Shown: one piece after another, positions 17,533 to 27,421 of the stretch
Layout: every line of letters begins with the position of its first letter
How positions within the stretch are numbered: position 1 is the first letter of the stretch
Source: Vulcanisaeta sp. UBA163
GTDB lineage: Archaea; Thermoproteota; Thermoprotei; Thermoproteales; Thermocladiaceae
Assembly (NCBI GenBank): GCA_002496475.1
Contig: DAJV01000078.1
Coordinates: 2,869 to 38,477, forward strand
Direction of reading: 5' to 3'
Length of the DNA: 35,609 bases
Notes under the pieces: model-generated
The model's input: only the letters and a program-made list of their open reading frames with translations
Told to the model about the DNA's origin: nothing
Databases searched by the model: none
Position numbers and translations under genes: made by a program

Positions 17533-17895
17533 ATGAGTATCATACAGCCAAGGGAAGTGAAGACTTGGAAGGATGAGTTAAAGGATGTTCTTGTGAAGCA
17601 TGTTAGGGATCCATTTAAGGACAAGATAGATGAGTACCTGGGTTTCCTCGATACTCTTTATGATAGGTGGTGGAACGGTGACATTAAAACCAGGGAGTAC
17701 TACGCATACCACATGGCCCTCCTCATGGCGAAATCTGACAAGCCAAACGTGATTAAGGCCAAGCTTAATAGTTACTATGCTTACCTGGTTTACAAGGGCT
17801 ATGTATCGGCTTACAGGTTAATGAAGGATAAGTACGTGGCTGGCGGTGAATCAATATACACTTGGTTACGTATGTACAGAAAGGTAGTTGGATAA
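17533..17895 (+). CDS. Hypothetical protein (helical, Tyr/Trp/Lys-rich)
   Basis: 120-aa ORF with strongly host-like codons (AAG, TAC, AGG) and a good TATA box. No family recognised. Confidence 0.85.
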   Translation: MSIIQPREVKTWKDELKDVLVKHVRDPFKDKIDEYLGFLDTLYDRWWNGDIKTREYYAYHMALLMAKSDKPNVIKAKLNSYYAYLVYKGYVSAYRLMKDKYVAGGESIYTWLRMYRKVVG

Positions 17896-17919
17896 GTACA
17901 TGCTAAATAGGTCTAAGGT

Positions 17920-18465
17920 CTAAAACTTACCTTTATTCTGTAACACGCTGTATGCATACTCATACACTAAATCAACCACTTTATCAGCATCTATGTACGT
18001 TGTGTCAATGACAAGGTCGAATGGTGATAGGTCGTTTATATCGATTCCATATATCGCCAGGTACCTCCTCCTATTTGATTCCTCGCGAATCCTTATCTCG
18101 CTAATTGCATCAGTGATTGACTTACCATCCCTAGTGGATAGTCTCTGAGCCCTAACCCTGGTATCAGCCTTTAGGTAAATACGTACATCAGCCAAATCCC
18201 TAAGCAGCCAAGCAGCCAAGTGCCCCTCAATCACGACGTTGCCCCTCCTGGCTTCCCTTATGGACTCCTCGTCAATAGCCTTATCAATACTAAAGTCCGT
18301 TTCGGCAATCCTATGGAGCTCCACGAGGGATACGCCTCTCTCAATGGCAATCCTCCTGAATAATTCACCAATTGACACAAACCGATAATTCAATTTACCG
18401 GCTAGTTTCCTCGCAACCGTAGTCTTACCACTCGCAGCCTGTCCACTTACAGCAATAATACCCAT
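17920..18465 (-). CDS. cmk: Cytidylate kinase, archaeal type
   Basis: IIAVSGQAASGKTT P-loop, SIGELFR, IEGHLA, RYLAIYGID. ATG at 18465; follows L34e as in the conserved archaeal order. Confidence 0.93.
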   Translation of the reverse strand: MGIIAVSGQAASGKTTVARKLAGKLNYRFVSIGELFRRIAIERGVSLVELHRIAETDFSIDKAIDEESIREARRGNVVIEGHLAAWLLRDLADVRIYLKADTRVRAQRLSTRDGKSITDAISEIRIREESNRRRYLAIYGIDINDLSPFDLVIDTTYIDADKVVDLVYEYAYSVLQNKGKF

Positions 18466-18476
18466 TAGGGTCACGT

Positions 18477-18737
18477 TTATGAAAGCCTTACGGCAGTCCT
18501 TAGGGCTAGGGCTAGGCATCTATGACAAATATAGCTGCCATAGGGTCTTGAAATTGTTGAGCCAGGCACGTGCTCGGTTTTAATCCTAGTTTCATTAATG
18601 CCATTCAATGGCCTACCACAAATGGCGCACTTGGGCTTTGACGCAAACCTCTTGCCATAGTGTACCACACGTTGACCACCAGGTGTCTTCTTGGAGATCC
18701 TCCTCAATTTCCTGGATCTCAATGCTGGTCTTGGCAT
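18477..18737 (-). CDS. rpl34e: 50S ribosomal protein eL34 (L34e)
   Basis: MPRPALRSR, KTPGG, CAICGRPLNG, RPYGSYICHRC zinc finger. Confidence 0.96.
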   Translation of the reverse strand: MPRPALRSRKLRRISKKTPGGQRVVHYGKRFASKPKCAICGRPLNGINETRIKTEHVPGSTISRPYGSYICHRCLALALRTAVRLS

Positions 18738-18772
18738 AATTGTTTCGTCAATATACCATGGGTTTTTAATTT

Positions 18773-19837
18773 TTACTTGGCGTCAACATACCTATGAGAC
18801 TCAGGACCAGGCTTGGCAATGCCTAGGGATAGGTATTTATTCATTTCATCATTACTTAGTACGACCACATGGGACTTCCTCAAGGCTAATTCCACCTCCT
18901 TCTCCGTAGCGTTGACCCAATTGATGCGGGTAATCATGGACCTAGTCACGGCTAAGAGAACACCGTTCTCACCACGGATCCTATACGCCACCCTCTGAAG
19001 TTCATAAAGCAATCTATTTACCCTGTCCTTCTTGGACATTGCCATCACCACAGCAGTCTCGATGCTTCTGGTCTCGAATATAGTCATTAGCACAATCTCA
19101 ATTATCTTATTTATTCTGTCAGGAACACCGATTATCGAGTTCCTTAACTCAATCCTGCACCTAGGCACGTTAAGACCCAGCGCCCTATATAACCTCCAAG
19201 TTTCACCCTTAGCCCGTCTCTCCTTATCAACAATACCGCCAATAATAAATGTGGAGAACCCCGCAATCATGGACTCATTAAGTATACAATCGCCCTCTGG
19301 ATCAAGCATAACAGCGTCCCCATTTATGTTTGGTCCATAACTCCTAATAATTACCCTGTGGTTAAATCCTCTGGCGAATTTATTGAGATTATTTAGGAAT
19401 TCACTGGATGCACTTGTCAGCTCCAGGTTGGTGTCCCAGAGGTACTTCCGTATCGTGCTTATTGAGGCAAGTACCTGTTCCACAAGTTCATTCTTCTCAG
19501 ATTTAGTGTGTTTGTCCCAGAGGGATAGGTCGATTATGAAGTGGGGTTTCCTGGGAATATCTATTAGTAGGTCCATTGATGCAATGCAGTCACTTGGCTT
19601 AGTTAAATACGCGTCACATGGAACCCCCTCCATTGAGGATAATAATACCTCAAGGTCATTAATCCTTGAAATAATTGTGCTGCCGAAGCCACCGAGGCAT
19701 AATGCATATCTACCTAGTAGTAGATTTACTGCAATGCACTGCGGTAGGTAGTAATTACACTTAAGCCTGCGTGGTACACACAACCTGCGTATTCCTAAAC
19801 CTCTTAGTAATTCCAGTAATTGCTTACCGAGTATCAT
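18773..19837 (-). CDS. trm10: tRNA (purine-9-N1)-methyltransferase, archaeal Trm10
   Basis: SPOUT motifs LDPEG, FIIGGIVDK and RIELRNSIIGVPDRIN; IR(K)YLWD. Confidence 0.88.
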   Translation of the reverse strand: MILGKQLLELLRGLGIRRLCVPRRLKCNYYLPQCIAVNLLLGRYALCLGGFGSTIISRINDLEVLLSSMEGVPCDAYLTKPSDCIASMDLLIDIPRKPHFIIDLSLWDKHTKSEKNELVEQVLASISTIRKYLWDTNLELTSASSEFLNNLNKFARGFNHRVIIRSYGPNINGDAVMLDPEGDCILNESMIAGFSTFIIGGIVDKERRAKGETWRLYRALGLNVPRCRIELRNSIIGVPDRINKIIEIVLMTIFETRSIETAVVMAMSKKDRVNRLLYELQRVAYRIRGENGVLLAVTRSMITRINWVNATEKEVELALRKSHVVVLSNDEMNKYLSLGIAKPGPESHRYVDAK

Positions 19838-19891
19838 TACGGCTGAGGGTAGCTAAAATTAATTTAGGGTTTAAATCCTTATTGATATACT

Positions 19892-20752
19892 GTGAGCACT
19901 GAATTACCCCTGTGCGATAACCATGCGCACACAAACCCAGTCATTGGTATTGGACCAAGGGAATTGGCCAGGAGGTTTCGTAGAGAGGGCGGCAAGTTCA
20001 TAGTAATAGTGGCGCTCCTAACCTGGAGCCTTGGGCTAATGCCTGGCGATCTTGATAGTGTTAGGAAGATGTATGACATAACGGTGGAGTCGGCGAGGAT
20101 CGTTAATGAGGAGGGCATCAAGGCCGTGGCAGTCGTTGGTGTACACCCAGCTGAGGCCTATGAATTACTTAGTAGGGGTTGGTTAAGGGAGGATGTGCGT
20201 AGGTTCATGGAGAAGAGCATTGACCTAGCGGCTAAATATATCAAGGAAGGTAAGGCAGTGGGTATTGGGGAGATCGGCAGGCCCCATTGGGATGTACCCA
20301 ACGATATTACTGAGTTCTTTAATGAAATATTAATGTACGGGTTTAATGTCGCCAAGGACATCAATGCGGTGATTCACCTACACCTGGAGAGAAACGGCAT
20401 TAGTACTGCATCATCAATAATAAGCATGGTTAGGAAAGTAGGTAATAAGCCTTGCAGTGTCATCATGCACCACGCAGAGCCAGTGACAATCGACATCGCA
20501 AGTGAGAGTAATGTTATGCCGTCAATACCCATGGGTAGGAAGGGTGAGTTTGAGGAGGCCATTAAACATGGACCAAAGTTCGTTGTTGAGAGTGATTTCA
20601 TGGATGACCCAAAGAGACCAGGTGCCGTAATACCACCATGGACGTTGATTAGGAAATTAAGGAATTACGTGAGTAATGGAGTCATTAATGAGGACTTCCT
20701 TCATAGGATTTGCATGGATAATATTAATAGGGTGTACGGCATAGTTTATTGA
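19892..20752 (+). CDS. TatD-related metal-dependent hydrolase
   Basis: DNHAH, GVHP, GIGEIGRPH, HLH, MHH, ESD(F)MDD. Confidence 0.9.
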   Translation: MSTELPLCDNHAHTNPVIGIGPRELARRFRREGGKFIVIVALLTWSLGLMPGDLDSVRKMYDITVESARIVNEEGIKAVAVVGVHPAEAYELLSRGWLREDVRRFMEKSIDLAAKYIKEGKAVGIGEIGRPHWDVPNDITEFFNEILMYGFNVAKDINAVIHLHLERNGISTASSIISMVRKVGNKPCSVIMHHAEPVTIDIASESNVMPSIPMGRKGEFEEAIKHGPKFVVESDFMDDPKRPGAVIPPWTLIRKLRNYVSNGVINEDFLHRICMDNINRVYGIVY

Positions 20753-20815
20753 GTTAAATAACGCATGGTGAACAGACACCAAGAACTTTTAAAGGGTGCA
20801 TGCTCAATGGCTTGG

Positions 20816-21259
20816 ATGAGTGGCGAGGAGAGGGCGTTAATTGAGAGGATGTACAGGAGGATGTTGATGTCGCGTGCCAAGGAATCATTAATCAGCAACC
20901 TCCGGCAAAAAATGTGTCCAAGTGGCATTATTGCACTTAGTGGTAATAATTTTAATTCATCAATCAGGGAGTGCCTTGCATCTGTAATTGATTTTTACGC
21001 TGACTGGTGCATACCCTGTAAGATAATGGAGCCAATACTGAATAAGTTATCCCAGGTATTCGCAGGTCAGGTATTCTTTGGACGTATCAATGTTGATGAG
21101 TACCCCGAAATAGCCGCTGAATACGGGGTCATGTCCATACCGACTACAATATTGTTCAGGAATAGTGAAGAGGTTTACAGGATAATTGGTGCCGTCGACT
21201 TCAACACAATGAAGAGGTACATCGAGTTTTATCTGGGCATTGGAGGATCCACCCGGTAA
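20816..21259 (+). CDS. trxA: Thioredoxin
   Basis: DFYADWCIPC active site, INVDE, SIPT cis-Pro. Start uncertain (20765/20807/20816). Confidence 0.9.
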   Translation: MSGEERALIERMYRRMLMSRAKESLISNLRQKMCPSGIIALSGNNFNSSIRECLASVIDFYADWCIPCKIMEPILNKLSQVFAGQVFFGRINVDEYPEIAAEYGVMSIPTTILFRNSEEVYRIIGAVDFNTMKRYIEFYLGIGGSTR

Positions 21260-21391
21260 ATTATTTTATTTGTGATGTTCAAGTCTACCCATTACATTAT
21301 TTGGCATTACAATTAGGTTAATTTAATAGTTTAATTTTTATTTCCCCAGAGATACTTATTCATTTTTCATTAGTTTCCCGAACTATCTAAG

Positions 21392-21907
21392 CTAGGTATT
21401 TACTTCATTAATTATTAACCGTCTACCGTCCTGCGCGGGTAGTATAAACGTTAATTTATAACTATCTCCAAAAAATATCACACTGACGTCATTACCGAGG
21501 TGGAACTCACCATCAATACCGGCTAGTATACAATTTTCACAGCCTTTGGCATCGTCAAGCATGTTCCTGAATACGTTAATGGCATCCTTGCCGTTAATCA
21601 CCACAGAGATCACAATACCTGCGTGATCCCCATGTACGTGGTGATCAATCTTTGCATTATACTTAGTCTTTAGGGAATCCATGAACTCACCCAGTTCCTC
21701 AATGACTTCCTTGGGTAATTCCGTTAATTGGTGGTGATGTTCGTGTTTCTCCTCGATTTCTCCCTCTTCACTTTCCTCATTATCCTCAACGCCGCTGAAA
21801 CCAAAGGTCATGCTAATGATTAATTCAAGCTCATCATTCTGGGCAATCCTTTCAATCTCCTTACCTAATCTACGCCACTCCTCAAAACCAAGCTTTATCT
21901 GCATCAT
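21392..21907 (-). CDS. Hypothetical acidic, His-rich putative metal-binding protein
   Basis: 171 aa; acidic loop followed by HEHHH, then HHVHGDH and CENC. Confidence 0.8.
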   Translation of the reverse strand: MMQIKLGFEEWRRLGKEIERIAQNDELELIISMTFGFSGVEDNEESEEGEIEEKHEHHHQLTELPKEVIEELGEFMDSLKTKYNAKIDHHVHGDHAGIVISVVINGKDAINVFRNMLDDAKGCENCILAGIDGEFHLGNDVSVIFFGDSYKLTFILPAQDGRRLIINEVNT

Positions 21908-22127
21908 ATTAACACCATGCCCTGGAAGCCTATTAATAAATCCTTTTGTCTATTGTAATATTACGTGTATATTGTGATATCGCGGTAGCGCTATTAATTA
22001 TGAGGAATATTTACTTAATCCAATTTAATAGTTAATATATTTATTAATGCGTGAATTCTATGTAGATTCATGATAAAACTAAGTATAATAAGAATAAAAC
22101 TTAAAAAGATCCTTATGCACATAATTC

Positions 22128-23456
22128 GTGCCCGCTAAAAACCTAGAAATCGAACCAGTTGACCTATGGAGACTACTAAGGGCCTCTGGCATAAAATATG
22201 TCAAGTTCATAATAGTTGACATAAATGGCATACCAAGATCAGAAATAGTACCCATAGACATGGCCAAGGACCTCTTTATCGATGGAATGCCCTTTGATGC
22301 CTCCTCAATACCCCTGTACTCAACGGTAAATAGAAGTGACTTCGTCGCCTATGTGGATCCAAGGGCGGTATATATAGAGCATTGGCAGGATGGTAAGGTG
22401 GCTGACGTATTCACGACAATATCTGACATATCGGATAAACCCTCACCACTAGACCCAAGGGGGATTCTCAATAATACACTTGAGCAGGTTAGATCGAAGG
22501 ATTATGACTTCCTCATGGGTGTTGAGGTTGAGTTTTTCGTTGTTAAGGAGGATAATGGTAAGCCCACATTTGCAGATACCGGTGTATACTTCGATGGTTG
22601 GAATGTGACTGTGCAGTCACAGTTCATGAAGGAGTTAATAACCGCAATAGCCGAGGCAGGTATTAATTACACGAAGATTCACCATGAAGTAGCCCCAAGC
22701 CAGTACGAGATAAATATTGGCGCCTACGACCCACTGAGACTTGCGGACCAGGTAATATACTTCAAGATCATGGCTAAGGACATAGCCCAGAAATACGGCC
22801 TAAGGGTGACCTTCATGCCAAAGCCCTTCTGGGGAGTTAACGGTAGTGGTGCCCATACACACATCAGTGTTTGGAAGAATGGCAAGAACCTATTCCTAAG
22901 CAATACAGGGAAGATAACCGAGGAGTGCGGCTACGCAATAAGCGCAATACTAAGCAGTGCAAGGGCGTTAAGTAGCTTCGTGGCGCCACTCGTCAATTCA
23001 TACAAGAGGTTAGTGCCTCACCATGAGGCGCCAACGAGGATCGTGTGGGGTTACGCAAATAGGAGCGCCATGGTCAGGATACCACAGTACAAAATGAGGA
23101 TCAATAGGTTTGAGTATAGGCACCCAGATCCAAGTATGAATCCGTACCTAGCCTTCGCAGCCATGGTGAAGACTGTAATGAGAGGACTTGAGGAAAGGAG
23201 GGAACCGCCATCACCAACCGATGACGTTGCCTATGAATTAACCAACGCCCCAGAAACACCAGCAACCCTAGAAGCAACACTCAGAGAATTCTCCAAGAGC
23301 TTCTTAGCCACAGAACTACCAAGCGAGTTGGTAAATGCCTACATAAGGGTTAAGCAGAGTGAGTGGGAGGATTACTTAACTAACGTTGGTCCCTGGGAGA
23401 AGACCTGGAACGTAATAACCCAGTGGGAGTATAATAGGTACCTAGTTACTGCATAA
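22128..23456 (+). CDS. glnA: Glutamine synthetase type I
   Basis: EVEFF, HHEVAPSQYEI, TFMPKP, NGSGAHTH, NSYKRL, NRSAMVRIP, FEYRHPD; adjacent to amt. Confidence 0.94.
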   Translation: MPAKNLEIEPVDLWRLLRASGIKYVKFIIVDINGIPRSEIVPIDMAKDLFIDGMPFDASSIPLYSTVNRSDFVAYVDPRAVYIEHWQDGKVADVFTTISDISDKPSPLDPRGILNNTLEQVRSKDYDFLMGVEVEFFVVKEDNGKPTFADTGVYFDGWNVTVQSQFMKELITAIAEAGINYTKIHHEVAPSQYEINIGAYDPLRLADQVIYFKIMAKDIAQKYGLRVTFMPKPFWGVNGSGAHTHISVWKNGKNLFLSNTGKITEECGYAISAILSSARALSSFVAPLVNSYKRLVPHHEAPTRIVWGYANRSAMVRIPQYKMRINRFEYRHPDPSMNPYLAFAAMVKTVMRGLEERREPPSPTDDVAYELTNAPETPATLEATLREFSKSFLATELPSELVNAYIRVKQSEWEDYLTNVGPWEKTWNVITQWEYNRYLVTA

Positions 23457-23635
23457 AAACAGTTAATAATCTATATCGTTTAAAAATGAGTATATATAAT
23501 TAACTTATTTATTTACCAAGTACAATATTTTTCACGGCATGATGATAAATAATATAGAGAGTAATGCTTAAAAACTTAGTAGTTTATGTAGTATGTGCCG
23601 AGTGACCCGTTAAAACGGTAAATAGAATAAATAGG

Positions 23636-25120
23636 ATGGTAACACTGAGTAAAATAATCCCGGTGCTGGTCATGATTATGCTCACAACAGCAATGACCGC
23701 TAAAGCCAATGCGCCACCAAACCTATCAGGGTACCCGCAGACCTCCGTGCCTACATGGCTTGACACAGGCAGTAATGCATGGATGCTCACCGCCGCTACA
23801 TTGGTCGGCCTTCAAAGCGTGCCTGGTCTAATGCTGCTTTATGGCGGCATGACTAAGCGTAAGTATGCCATAAACACCATGATGATGGTGCTCTACGCCT
23901 TCGCGGTAGTACTGATTATTTGGGTGCTGGCGGGTTACATGTTTGCCTTTGGACCGACATTATTGAGGATTAACGGCTTTAATGTATTGGGCATGCCGAT
24001 ACCTGCGTTAACGAGCAGAGTCATCGCAGCCCAGGCCAGCGTACCAACTGCTCAGCAGTATCCAAACATAGCCATGTCAACGTTAATCTTCTTCCAATTC
24101 GTTTTCGCTGCAATAACGCCAGCGTTAATTGTAGGCGCCTTAATAGAGAGGATGAATTTTAAGGCCTGGATGCTCTTCGTACCACTATGGTCACTCCTAG
24201 TCTATAGCCCAGTGGCCTTTTGGCTCTGGGGCGGCGGTTGGCTCATGCAACTTGGTATTGTTGATTTCTCGGGTGGTTACGTAATACACGTTGATGCTGG
24301 TATAGCCGCCTTCGTGGCAGCTGCAATGGTTGGTGAGAGGCTTGTTGAGGAGAGAAGGTTACAACCGCATAATCTAACTCAAGTCGCTGCAGGCCTTGGC
24401 CTTGTTTGGCTGGGTTGGAATGGTTTTAATGGTGGTGATCCGTATGGATCAACAATAGATGCAGCAATAGCGGTCATAAATACTAACCTAGCCACGGCCG
24501 TGGCTGTGGTCATGTGGATGCTGCTTGATACGTCCTACTTTGGAAAACCTGCATTTACAGGCGCCGTCTCTGGTGCTGTGGCAGGCTTGGTCGGTATAAC
24601 GCCAGCTGCTGGTTATGTTAATGGAATTGGGGCAATAATAATTGGCGCAATATCAAGTGCAGCCGCCTGGTACTCCCTAAACTTTTTCCAGTTTAGGTCC
24701 AGGCTAACTAGGAATATTGATGATGCGTTAGGGGTGTTCTCGGATCACGCGGTTCCCGGGATCATAGGCGGTATACTAACGGGTATCTTCGCAGATCCTA
24801 ACATTACTAAGTACGTGGATCCAGGACTAAGAGGGGCCCTTTATGGGGATCCATATCAAGTCCTGCTTCAACTCATGGGCGTTGTCATTGTGGTAGTTTA
24901 TGACGTAGTGATGACTTACCTAATTCTTAAGTTAATAGGCAGGGTAACGCCATTGAAGGCATCGATTGAGGAATTGAGGGTTGGTGATAAAGAGATGCAT
25001 GGTGAGGTTGCATATGATGAATTTGCCTTTGCAACACAGGGAGATGCGGAGAGAATGGCAGCCGGTGTTGTGGTATCTGTGATTAATAAAATCAATGACG
25101 TAAATGATGAGAAGAAATGA
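23636..25120 (+). CDS. amt: Ammonium transporter (Amt family)
   Basis: FQFVFAAIT, ERM, DFSGGYVIH, WLGWNGFNGG, AGLVGITP, DDALGVFSDH. Confidence 0.96.
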   Translation: MVTLSKIIPVLVMIMLTTAMTAKANAPPNLSGYPQTSVPTWLDTGSNAWMLTAATLVGLQSVPGLMLLYGGMTKRKYAINTMMMVLYAFAVVLIIWVLAGYMFAFGPTLLRINGFNVLGMPIPALTSRVIAAQASVPTAQQYPNIAMSTLIFFQFVFAAITPALIVGALIERMNFKAWMLFVPLWSLLVYSPVAFWLWGGGWLMQLGIVDFSGGYVIHVDAGIAAFVAAAMVGERLVEERRLQPHNLTQVAAGLGLVWLGWNGFNGGDPYGSTIDAAIAVINTNLATAVAVVMWMLLDTSYFGKPAFTGAVSGAVAGLVGITPAAGYVNGIGAIIIGAISSAAAWYSLNFFQFRSRLTRNIDDALGVFSDHAVPGIIGGILTGIFADPNITKYVDPGLRGALYGDPYQVLLQLMGVVIVVVYDVVMTYLILKLIGRVTPLKASIEELRVGDKEMHGEVAYDEFAFATQGDAERMAAGVVVSVINKINDVNDEKK

Positions 25121-25209
25121 TATACATTAAGATCAATAATAAATCAAAATAAAATAATAAATTAATCTTGTTGAGATTATTAGAGATTGAAATAAATGCC
25201 TAGGGCCGG

Positions 25210-25608
25210 TCAAAAACTGGGTTCAAGCCTACCTGCACTTGCCCTTAGGTATATTGCCCTAACATTCATCTGCCTCAGTCTTCTTAGCAATTTCATATCA
25301 CACGTCACAGCAATGCAGCCGTATTCCCTGGATACTGCTACCACTGAATCATCCGGTGAGCCAGTGGTGCTGGCTATTGAGAAATTACTAATGATGTAAT
25401 TAAGGGCATTACCTGAGGCCTTGGCTATTCCAGGCCTACCTAGTTTACTTAGTTTCATTAACTCATTAAGTATTGGGTATGGGATCACGGGTATTATGGG
25501 TGAATCAACAAGTTCAACGACTTGATCAATAATGCGCAAACCCCTTGTGAACATAAGTAGTAACGCGCTGGTATCAAAGACGACACACTCTATTTTCATG
25601 CCCATCAT
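25210..25608 (-). CDS. PIN domain protein (Fcf1/Utp24-like)
   Basis: VFDTSALL, NEL, DD, VTCD acidic tetrad; directly downstream of aIF2-gamma, a conserved archaeal pairing. Confidence 0.88.
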   Translation of the reverse strand: MMGMKIECVVFDTSALLLMFTRGLRIIDQVVELVDSPIIPVIPYPILNELMKLSKLGRPGIAKASGNALNYIISNFSIASTTGSPDDSVVAVSREYGCIAVTCDMKLLRRLRQMNVRAIYLRASAGRLEPSF

Positions 25609-25612
25609 TATT

Positions 25613-26857
25613 TCACTCAAGCACCACATTACCGTCTTTAAGTATTCCGTAACCCACGATCCTCCACCTATTGTTAACCTGTTTCGTGATAACTATCTTG
25701 GAGTTCTGCTCCGCCGAGACTGCCTTCCTTAAGGTAACATCGAGTTTACCACCATGAAAGCCCTTGACTATTCCCATGACTGCCGCTGAACCCACATGTA
25801 TCATGACTATGTCCTTAGGCCTAAATGTCACGTCCTTCAGTGTTGAATTGCTCGGCATTTCAATCCTGTTAAACTCAAGGGTCATTTCACTCCATACTGG
25901 CGGTAGTGTGCCTGGCTTACCAACGACACTGCCCACGAGGGAGTCCGCTTTGGTCAGGGCTGGATCAAGCTCAGTGCCTATGCCCACGAGACCACCGGGC
26001 CTAGCCTCCTCGATATATTCATTACCAATGGCTATACTGACTATTTTCGTAATTATTGGTTCATACTTATTACCCAATTTTAATCCCGGCCTTATCTCGA
26101 TCTCATCACTGACCTTTGCGTAGCCCTTTATGACTGTGCCACCAAGCACACCACCAATCAACTTATCCGGTGTAGTACCTGGTTTATTGACGTTGAAGCT
26201 CCTGAGTACGAGCATCCTAAAGTCGCCGCTAGAGACTCCCCTGGGAGGTACTAATTGATCAATTAATGATGATATGGCCTCAATATTTATCCTATGCAGT
26301 GATGAGACAGGTATTATGGGTGAGTTCCTAGCCCAGGTATTGCCTAAAAACCGCTTGATCTGTTTGTAATTATCAAGGGCTTGTTCCTTACTTACCAAGT
26401 CGAGTTTGTTTTGAGCAACTATCAAATTATTAAGGCCCATTATTGTTAATGCCGTGAAGTGCTCCTCAGTCTGGGGCTGAGGTACAGGCATTGAGGCATC
26501 CACCACAAGCATTGCAGCATCAATATACGAGATCCCGGATATCATGGTGCTTATTAGAACTTCGTGTCCAGGTACATCAAGTATTGACACCTTCCTCTTT
26601 AGTACTGGTTCATCGCCGTTGGGGCACTTACCATCCTTAAGCAAGCCATCACTAATGATCCTAAACTCGCCCTCCATTGACTGGCACTCATAAAGCCCAA
26701 TGGTTATGTAACCAAGCTTAACAGTCATGGCCCTCTTAATCTCCTCACTATACCTAGCAACCCAGACGCCACTCAGGGCATGAACTAGGGTTGTTTTACC
26801 ATGATCCACATGACCAGCAGTCGCAATAATTGCATCTGGGTAAATATATCCGCTCAT
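25613..26857 (-). CDS. eif2g: Translation initiation factor aIF2 gamma subunit
   Basis: GHVDHGKTT, EEIKRAMTVKLGY, DVPGHE, PQPQTEEH, NKLD, RSFNVNKPG, WRIVGYG. Confidence 0.96.
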   Translation of the reverse strand: MSGYIYPDAIIATAGHVDHGKTTLVHALSGVWVARYSEEIKRAMTVKLGYITIGLYECQSMEGEFRIISDGLLKDGKCPNGDEPVLKRKVSILDVPGHEVLISTMISGISYIDAAMLVVDASMPVPQPQTEEHFTALTIMGLNNLIVAQNKLDLVSKEQALDNYKQIKRFLGNTWARNSPIIPVSSLHRINIEAISSLIDQLVPPRGVSSGDFRMLVLRSFNVNKPGTTPDKLIGGVLGGTVIKGYAKVSDEIEIRPGLKLGNKYEPIITKIVSIAIGNEYIEEARPGGLVGIGTELDPALTKADSLVGSVVGKPGTLPPVWSEMTLEFNRIEMPSNSTLKDVTFRPKDIVMIHVGSAAVMGIVKGFHGGKLDVTLRKAVSAEQNSKIVITKQVNNRWRIVGYGILKDGNVVLE

Positions 26858-27081
26858 TTAAACCGTACTGACAATTAAGGGTTTATAAACAGTACTTGAA
26901 TCCTGCCGTTCATGGTGGGACACAGTCCCATGGACACTCCCCTTTTTTAGCATAGAATTGAGCCAACCATCCCGCAAACGAGCAACCCTGGATTTCAAGC
27001 ATTGTGTAAATAATCAAATAACATGATTAATTGGACAGAATAAACAGCAAGGTTTATACGTAAGGCCTGCATAACAAACAT

Positions 27082-27307
27082 GGTTGCGTACCCAACCACG
27101 GTCTATCAACCGGGCGAGCCCGGCGACGGCTCGCCTGAGGAAACTCCCCCAAGTTACCGTGGGTCCCTGCGGGGCAACCCGCCGACCGAGAGGTCGCCAA
27201 GGGACTACGGCCCAAATAGGGGCCTGTGATCTCCACGGGTGAGGCCCGGGTAGGGCCTTAGACAAATGCCACAGGAGGGGGGTTATGCCGTGGTTGGGTA
27301 CGCAACC
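27082..27307 (+). ncRNA. rnpB: RNase P RNA, shortened type T form
   Basis: 20-bp perfect terminal helix (27082-27101/27288-27307); CR I GAGGAAACTCCCCC (27137-27150) pairs with CR V ACAGGAGGGGGGTTAT; CR IV-like TAGACAAAT; GCAA and GAGA tetraloop hairpins; upstream TTTATA and downstream T-rich tract. Confidence 0.92.
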
Positions 27308-27421
27308 GGCCATTTCTCTCTTTATTTGGTGAGGCGGTGGAGGAAATTAAAGGATTAAGGGAGAAAGAAATGAAAAATTGTTTTGATTTTGAGTTCGTGA
27401 TTTACGTTGATATTTTACCTA

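Noticed and set aside
27014-27313. 99-aa and 60-aa minus-strand ORFs
   Set aside because: They are antisense to the GC-rich RNase P RNA and have atypical composition.
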